IMG/VR virus record: IMGVR_UViG_3300011338_000265
Span: 1 to 29,419 of that record
Strand: one strand, 5' to 3'
From: a virus
Taxonomy: Duplodnaviria; Caudoviricetes
Length of the DNA stretch: 29,419 bases
Shown here: positions 25,131 to 29,419 of the stretch, in pieces
How the letters are laid out: each line of letters begins with the position of its first letter
Numbering within the stretch: the first letter of the stretch is position 1
Position numbers and translations under genes: made by a program
The notes under the pieces: model-generated
The model's database searches: none
What the model saw: only the letters and a program-made list of their open reading frames with translations
What the model was told of the DNA's origin: nothing

Positions 25131-26135
25131 ATGAGCAAAGAAATATCACCAAGCACCCTACCTAAACTCGCCGAGTGCGCTCTCTTCGAGGGCGCAGGCG
25201 GATCGAGTGCGGCGGCAGACCGCGGCACGGCGGTCGATCTTGCGATCCGAAATCTGATATCGGCAGAACATGACGTCGCAATAGTTGGAGAAGACGCCGG
25301 AGCTATTACCTACGGCGTTGAGGAATTGACACGCCTTGCAAAAGGATCGTTCGTTGAGACCCGCGAAGAATACCTTGCGATGGCAGTTCCTGGACTATCA
25401 AAGCTCGGCACGGCGGACGCAGTTTGTAAGGAACAGAAATGGGTCGCCGACATAAAAACAGGACAGGTGCGGAACTACCGTGAGCAGTTAGCGGCTTATG
25501 CCTTGGCGTGTATGGAGGACAACTTCGACACGTCATGGACTGCACACGTCATATATGTCGATCAAAAGATGATTCGTAGTTATGACTTTAGTTACGAAGA
25601 GGCAAAACAGATCACGCAGCGCACAATAGACCGAGCAACAAGTGCGGAGGCGAAGCCGACGCCTTGCGAGTATTGCTCATGGTGCAAACACTACAACAAC
25701 TGCCACGCCATCGTGCGACAAGCTGAGAGCGCTATTGCGCTGATTCCCGAAGCAACTGGTAACAGCATAGAGGCTATCAAAGATCGCATTCTTTCAACGC
25801 CAGAGTCACTCGGATCTTTCATTCGCGAATGGAAACTGGCGGAGAAAGAGATCGCGGAGCCTTTGCTTGGACATCTCAAGACTCGTCTCGAAAACGGGGA
25901 CGAGGTTGCCGGCTGGAAACTCACAAGCGTAAGCGGAAGGAAGTTTGTGGAAACTGATGCTATCATTAAAGCGTCCGAAGGTATCAGCAAAGAGACACTA
26001 ATTCTCGCGATGGGCGGTAAGCTATCGGAAAAGAGTTATATCGAGTTTTGCGCCAATAACGGCGTAGAACCGGATACAACGGCGATCAAGGCCGGAGCGC
26101 CGACAACACAACTCCGCCAAACAAAAACAAAATAG
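25131..26135 (+). CDS. PD-(D/E)XK exonuclease (DUF2800/Cas4-like)
   Basis: SPS.L..L.EC, RGT, GTAD, DIKTG, QL.AYA and C.YC.WC.....C motifs. Confidence 0.85.
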   Translation: MSKEISPSTLPKLAECALFEGAGGSSAAADRGTAVDLAIRNLISAEHDVAIVGEDAGAITYGVEELTRLAKGSFVETREEYLAMAVPGLSKLGTADAVCKEQKWVADIKTGQVRNYREQLAAYALACMEDNFDTSWTAHVIYVDQKMIRSYDFSYEEAKQITQRTIDRATSAEAKPTPCEYCSWCKHYNNCHAIVRQAESAIALIPEATGNSIEAIKDRILSTPESLGSFIREWKLAEKEIAEPLLGHLKTRLENGDEVAGWKLTSVSGRKFVETDAIIKASEGISKETLILAMGGKLSEKSYIEFCANNGVEPDTTAIKAGAPTTQLRQTKTK

Positions 26136-26145
26136 AAAACACAAA

Positions 26146-26652
26146 ATGCCAACATACAAAGCAAGCGAACCAAAACAAGCGACCATCTACTTCGTAGAGC
26201 CGGGAACCTACGAAGTCGAAATTATCAAGGCGGTCGAGAAGACGAGCCAAGCCGGAAACCCTACCATCAAACTCGACGTTCAAGTCATTCTTGACAGCGG
26301 AATTGATGGGCCGAAGATGTGGGAACATCTCACCTTTACAGCAAAAGCAGGATGGAAAGTTGACCAAGTGCTTTCGAGCATCGGTCGGGCCGTCATACCA
26401 GAGCGCTTGCACACGGTTGAAGCCGAAGACCTAATTGGCGAGAAGGGGGTTTGTCTCGTAGGCGTAGAGCCGGGACAGACCAACCCAGATCACCAGTTCA
26501 ACTGCATCGAACGCTGGCTATTCGGTGACGAGAAAGCAAAATGGCTAGGCAACCGACGCAAGCCAGCGGCCAAAACCGATAAGCATATCGTCGCAAAAAG
26601 CAACGGATACGTTGCTCAACCACAAGACGAAACCGACGACATTCCGTTCTAA
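26146..26652 (+). CDS. DUF669-family single-stranded DNA-binding protein
   Basis: EPGTYEVEI...E..S.AGN..IKL pattern and acidic C-terminal DDIPF tail. Confidence 0.8.
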   Translation: MPTYKASEPKQATIYFVEPGTYEVEIIKAVEKTSQAGNPTIKLDVQVILDSGIDGPKMWEHLTFTAKAGWKVDQVLSSIGRAVIPERLHTVEAEDLIGEKGVCLVGVEPGQTNPDHQFNCIERWLFGDEKAKWLGNRRKPAAKTDKHIVAKSNGYVAQPQDETDDIPF

Positions 26653-26655
26653 AAA

Positions 26656-26865
26656 ATGAACGGAACTCTCTCGCTCCGGCTGTGTATTTGTATGAATGAC
26701 TGCCCTGTTGGCTTGCGTCTCGAAAGGGGCGATCCACTACCAGTTTACCAGCATACATACGATGACACTCCGGAGGGGAGAGCATTGGCGGAACAACACA
26801 TAGAAAGAATCTCAGATTATGTTCGACGGCATCACAAGACTTCTAAACCTAACAAGACTAGTTAA
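26656..26865 (+). CDS. hypothetical protein (69 aa)
   Basis: Starts 3 nt after the SSB stop. Confidence 0.55.
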   Translation: MNGTLSLRLCICMNDCPVGLRLERGDPLPVYQHTYDDTPEGRALAEQHIERISDYVRRHHKTSKPNKTS

Positions 26866-26998
26866 AGAACAGATGGCTGATCTTGAATTGCTTGTAGAGT
26901 TATTAAACAAACGTATCGAATACTTAGATAACGAAAACGATGAACTTCGAAAAGACAACCGACGGCTCCGCCAATTCCTATCCGGACAAGATGAATAA
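26819..26998 (+). CDS. small coiled-coil protein (59 aa); absent from the ORF track
   Basis: MFDGITRLLNLTRLVKEQMADLELLVELLNKRIEYLDNENDELRKDNRRLRQFLSGQDE; heptad pattern; fills the gap between neighbours. Confidence 0.6.
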   Translation: MFDGITRLLNLTRLVKEQMADLELLVELLNKRIEYLDNENDELRKDNRRLRQFLSGQDE

Positions 26999-27182
26999 AC
27001 AACAAGAATGGCGCGGATATCCGCTCCGCTGCTGGCCTAATCATCAAGACGACTGCTACCGCTGGGACTACGAAATCCAGATCGACGGCAAGTGGCTTGA
27101 GGTTGTAACGCAGGCAACTCGGTGGATCGAGGAAGAAGCTGAGGAGACGTTGCAGCGTTATTTGACAAACAGAGACAAGTAA
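26991..27182 (+). CDS. hypothetical protein (63 aa)
   Basis: Start re-assigned to ATG 26991, an 8-nt overlap with the upstream gene. Confidence 0.55.
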   Translation: MNKQQEWRGYPLRCWPNHQDDCYRWDYEIQIDGKWLEVVTQATRWIEEEAEETLQRYLTNRDK

Positions 27183-27189
27183 ATATATT
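27162..27189 (+). promoter_or_regulatory. sigma70-like promoter
   Basis: TTGACA (27162-27167), 16-nt spacer, TATATT (27184-27189), upstream of a structured leader. Confidence 0.55.
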
Positions 27190-27196
27190 CAAACCT

Positions 27197-27330
27197 AGGC
27201 CGTGAAAAAGCCTTTCATTCATGCAACATAAACACCAACAAAATCCATTTTCCCTTCGTGTGAGTCGGAGCCTTTGCATGGGCCAATTTTTCAGCCGACA
27301 AGCGCGAAGGGATTTTTTCACATTATGCAA
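27197..27330 (+). ncRNA. candidate c4/CI-like structured regulatory RNA or attenuator
   Basis: Nested stems 27251-27261/27302-27312, 27264-27268/27295-27299 and 27270-27273/27280-27283, then a T6 run. Unpaired boxes are complementary to upstream TGAAAAA and CATGCAA. Confidence 0.55.
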
Positions 27331-27570
27331 ACGGAACTTCCCGACCATGCTCTTGAAGAGTATGTCATTCGGGCCTTCAATTCATCGCGTAGACGCGGCG
27401 CAATCGATAGGCTCGACATAGCACAGCAATTATTGCCTTACGGCGCTCATCCTGCTTATTGGCAGGCAGCGAAGAAGCTAGCAGACCATGTGCTCGATCA
27501 CATGGCAATGCAGGGCAAATTACACAAAGACGACCAAGGTTGGTGGTATCTTGACGGGGGGCTGAAATGA
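27325..27570 (+). CDS. hypothetical protein, possible winged helix (81 aa)
   Basis: Start re-assigned to ATG 27325. Ends L..M..QGKL.KD..G.WY, a wing-like hairpin; ATGA-coupled to the primase gene. Confidence 0.55.
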   Translation: MQTELPDHALEEYVIRAFNSSRRRGAIDRLDIAQQLLPYGAHPAYWQAAKKLADHVLDHMAMQGKLHKDDQGWWYLDGGLK

Positions 27571-29419
27571 ATATCGAAGAAGCCCGGCAACGACTGCCAT
27601 TACCTGATCTCATGGCAAAACTCGGCTTAGGAGATCACGCAAAATCAAAAGCAAAATCACCATTCCGCGATGAGAAAAACGCATCGTTCGGAATATACAA
27701 TGCCAACGGTCGCTGGCGCTGGAAAGACCATGGCACAGGCGAAGGTGGGGATGAGATCGATTTTCTCGCCAAGCTGGAAAACAAAAGCAACCATGACGCG
27801 ATGTTGGCTTACGCTGAAATTGCAGGAATGCCGATCCAAAACAATCGTCCTGAACCTGCACGTTTCAAAATAAAGACCAGCACTCCGACAACATCCGACT
27901 GGAGCAAATACAAGGCAGCGGCAACGGATGAGTTCTTGCAGAAACTCGCAGAGCAAAGGGGCGTCAGCTTCAATATAATGAAGACTGCTCGCGACAATGA
28001 CATACTTGGCGCATCTGGAGATCAACCGGCATTCAAATCCGGCGATGGCGCTCACGTCAAATGCGCTGGTGGAGGATGGAGGTTTGAACCAAAAGGAACG
28101 CAGAATGTGCCGCTCGTATTTGGAGATCAAAACTCCAAGAGCGTCTATTTCTTCGAGTCGCAATGGGACTTGCTCGCCATTGCCGATACGATCGGTGAAA
28201 GTTGGAATACCGTATTGTGGGTGGCATCGAGGGGAGCAAGCAATGGTAAGTGCATCGAAGCCTTTGCAGAGGATCGCAAGGTCTACGCATTCCCGCAAAA
28301 TGACACTCCAAAGAAAGATGGAAAGATACCATCCGAAGGGTGGATGCAGGACGCAGCTTCAGTTTGCAAGAATATCCTGCGCGTGAGAACGCCATCGAAA
28401 TTCGGCGACGCTAACGATTGGATTCGATCAAAGGAGGCGAACCGTAGGGGGGTCATCGCAGCGATCAAGAACGCAACCGATCCGGCAATGGTAGGAGTCG
28501 AAATGCATAGTTTCGAGGAACTATTCAGTTTTGTCCCCAAGGAGGACAACACAACACTTCTCGGAGATCGGTGGGTATGCCAAGGCGGTCAGTTGCTCAT
28601 TGTCGGGCAGTCAGGCGTAGGCAAATCATCGCTGACCGTCCAGGCTGCGATGTTCTGGGCGCTAGGAATGCCATTCTTTGGAATCAAGCCAAGACGCGAA
28701 CTGAAAAGCCTATTCATCCAAGCCGAAAACGACACGGGCGATATGGCAGAGATCGTGCAGGGCGTCATGTCCTATGTCGTCGCAAATTGTGGCCTGCCAC
28801 AAGCGCAGGCTGTAAGCAAGCTAACAGAGAACATCACATTTGCGCGTGTCACGTCACAGACCGGAGCTGATTTCATCGATGTTGTAGGTAGGCTGCTCGA
28901 TAAGAAAGGCGACTGCGACTTAGTCTTTGGCGATCCGCTCTTGAGCTATATTGGCGATGATATAAGCCAACAGAGTGTCGCCAGCTCATTTCTGCGCGGA
29001 CTATGCAACCCCATTGCATTTCAACGTAAATTCGCATGGGTATGGAGTCACCATACAGGAAAGCCGCAAGGCGACTCTAAAAGCCGCGCACATTGGAACA
29101 CAAACGACTTTGCCTATGTTGGACTCGGGTCATCCGAGCTCACAAACTGGGCAAGGGCCATCTGCGTCCTTCAAACAACAAAGGAGGATGGCACATTCCG
29201 GCTTCTATTAGCCAAACGTGGACGTCGGGCTGGCGTAGTCGATGAAATAGGTGATTCGACTACTCAAATCGGTTTAAGGCACGGCCAAGTCGGTCTATAT
29301 TGGGAACCATGTGCGCTACCAACAGAAGAGCAGACAACGAAGGAGAAGGGGAAGCCTGGAGCACCCAGCGCGTTGAGCGAAGTTGAAAAACAGGAAGCCA
29401 TAGCATTTATTTCATGTTT
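27567..29419 (+). CDS. primase-helicase fusion (CHC2-like, TOPRIM-like, RepA/AAA_25 SF4 helicase), truncated at the window edge; absent from the ORF track
   Basis: ATG 27567. SPFRDEKNASF...WKDHGTGEGGD; FFESQWD...PQND...GDANDW; Walker A GQSGVGKS; FIQAEND; LVFGDP; SHHTGK; GSSELTNWARA. All are in one frame to the window end. Confidence 0.88.
   Translation, partial: MNIEEARQRLPLPDLMAKLGLGDHAKSKAKSPFRDEKNASFGIYNANGRWRWKDHGTGEGGDEIDFLAKLENKSNHDAMLAYAEIAGMPIQNNRPEPARFKIKTSTPTTSDWSKYKAAATDEFLQKLAEQRGVSFNIMKTARDNDILGASGDQPAFKSGDGAHVKCAGGGWRFEPKGTQNVPLVFGDQNSKSVYFFESQWDLLAIADTIGESWNTVLWVASRGASNGKCIEAFAEDRKVYAFPQNDTPKKDGKIPSEGWMQDAASVCKNILRVRTPSKFGDANDWIRSKEANRRGVIAAIKNATDPAMVGVEMHSFEELFSFVPKEDNTTLLGDRWVCQGGQLLIVGQSGVGKSSLTVQAAMFWALGMPFFGIKPRRELKSLFIQAENDTGDMAEIVQGVMSYVVANCGLPQAQAVSKLTENITFARVTSQTGADFIDVVGRLLDKKGDCDLVFGDPLLSYIGDDISQQSVASSFLRGLCNPIAFQRKFAWVWSHHTGKPQGDSKSRAHWNTNDFAYVGLGSSELTNWARAICVLQTTKEDGTFRLLLAKRGRRAGVVDEIGDSTTQIGLRHGQVGLYWEPCALPTEEQTTKEKGKPGAPSALSEVEKQEAIAFISC

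Noticed and set aside
25131-26135. Cas4-like nuclease as a sign of a CRISPR system
   Set aside because: No repeat-spacer array or other cas genes seen; the Sak4-nuclease-SSB context is a standard phage recombination module.
27551-27569. TTGACG 10 nt before the primase ATG
   Set aside because: Spacer is outside the 13-18 nt range and the gene is already ATGA-coupled; not counted as a motif copy.
27670-29211. Small + strand ORFs in the ORF track at 27670, 27997, 28571 and 28975
   Set aside because: Out-of-frame overlaps of the primase-helicase ORF, which was omitted from the track because it has no stop within the window.
1-29419. tRNA, rRNA, integrase or att site
   Set aside because: None recognised by eye, so lifestyle (temperate versus lytic) cannot be determined from this window.

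Overview
The window is a contiguous piece of a tailed dsDNA phage (or prophage) genome of siphovirus type, with every credible gene on the + strand. Gene order: truncated head-region gene (1-262), four virion or fibre-like genes, prohead protease with a nested scaffold, capsid decoration protein, major capsid protein, a cassette of three glycosyltransferase-like genes, head closure protein, two fibre genes (one collagen-like, one with autotransporter beta-strand repeats), tail terminator, tail tube, tail chaperones with a -1 frameshift, gp10-like protein, tape measure protein and tail-tip genes. These are followed by a lysis cassette (two small membrane proteins, a lipoprotein, an M15 endolysin), a metallophosphoesterase, and an early/replication block (RuvC-like resolvase, AT-rich GIY-YIG insert, Sak4-like ATPase, PD-(D/E)XK nuclease, DUF669 SSB-like protein, primase-helicase running off the right edge). 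The absence of Shine-Dalgarno sites and the autotransporter-repeat fibre suggest a PVC-group (Verrucomicrobia-like) host, which is inference only. The most interesting signals are: (1) a TTGAC(A/G) hexamer 13-18 nt before seven late-gene start codons, a spacing that cannot be a normal sigma70 promoter for those genes; (2) a candidate virion glycosylation system inside the head operon next to Ser/Thr-rich fibres; (3) a c4/CI-like structured RNA upstream of the replication genes whose loops are complementary to upstream boxes and to the next start codon. All family assignments come from motif recognition by eye; no searches were run.
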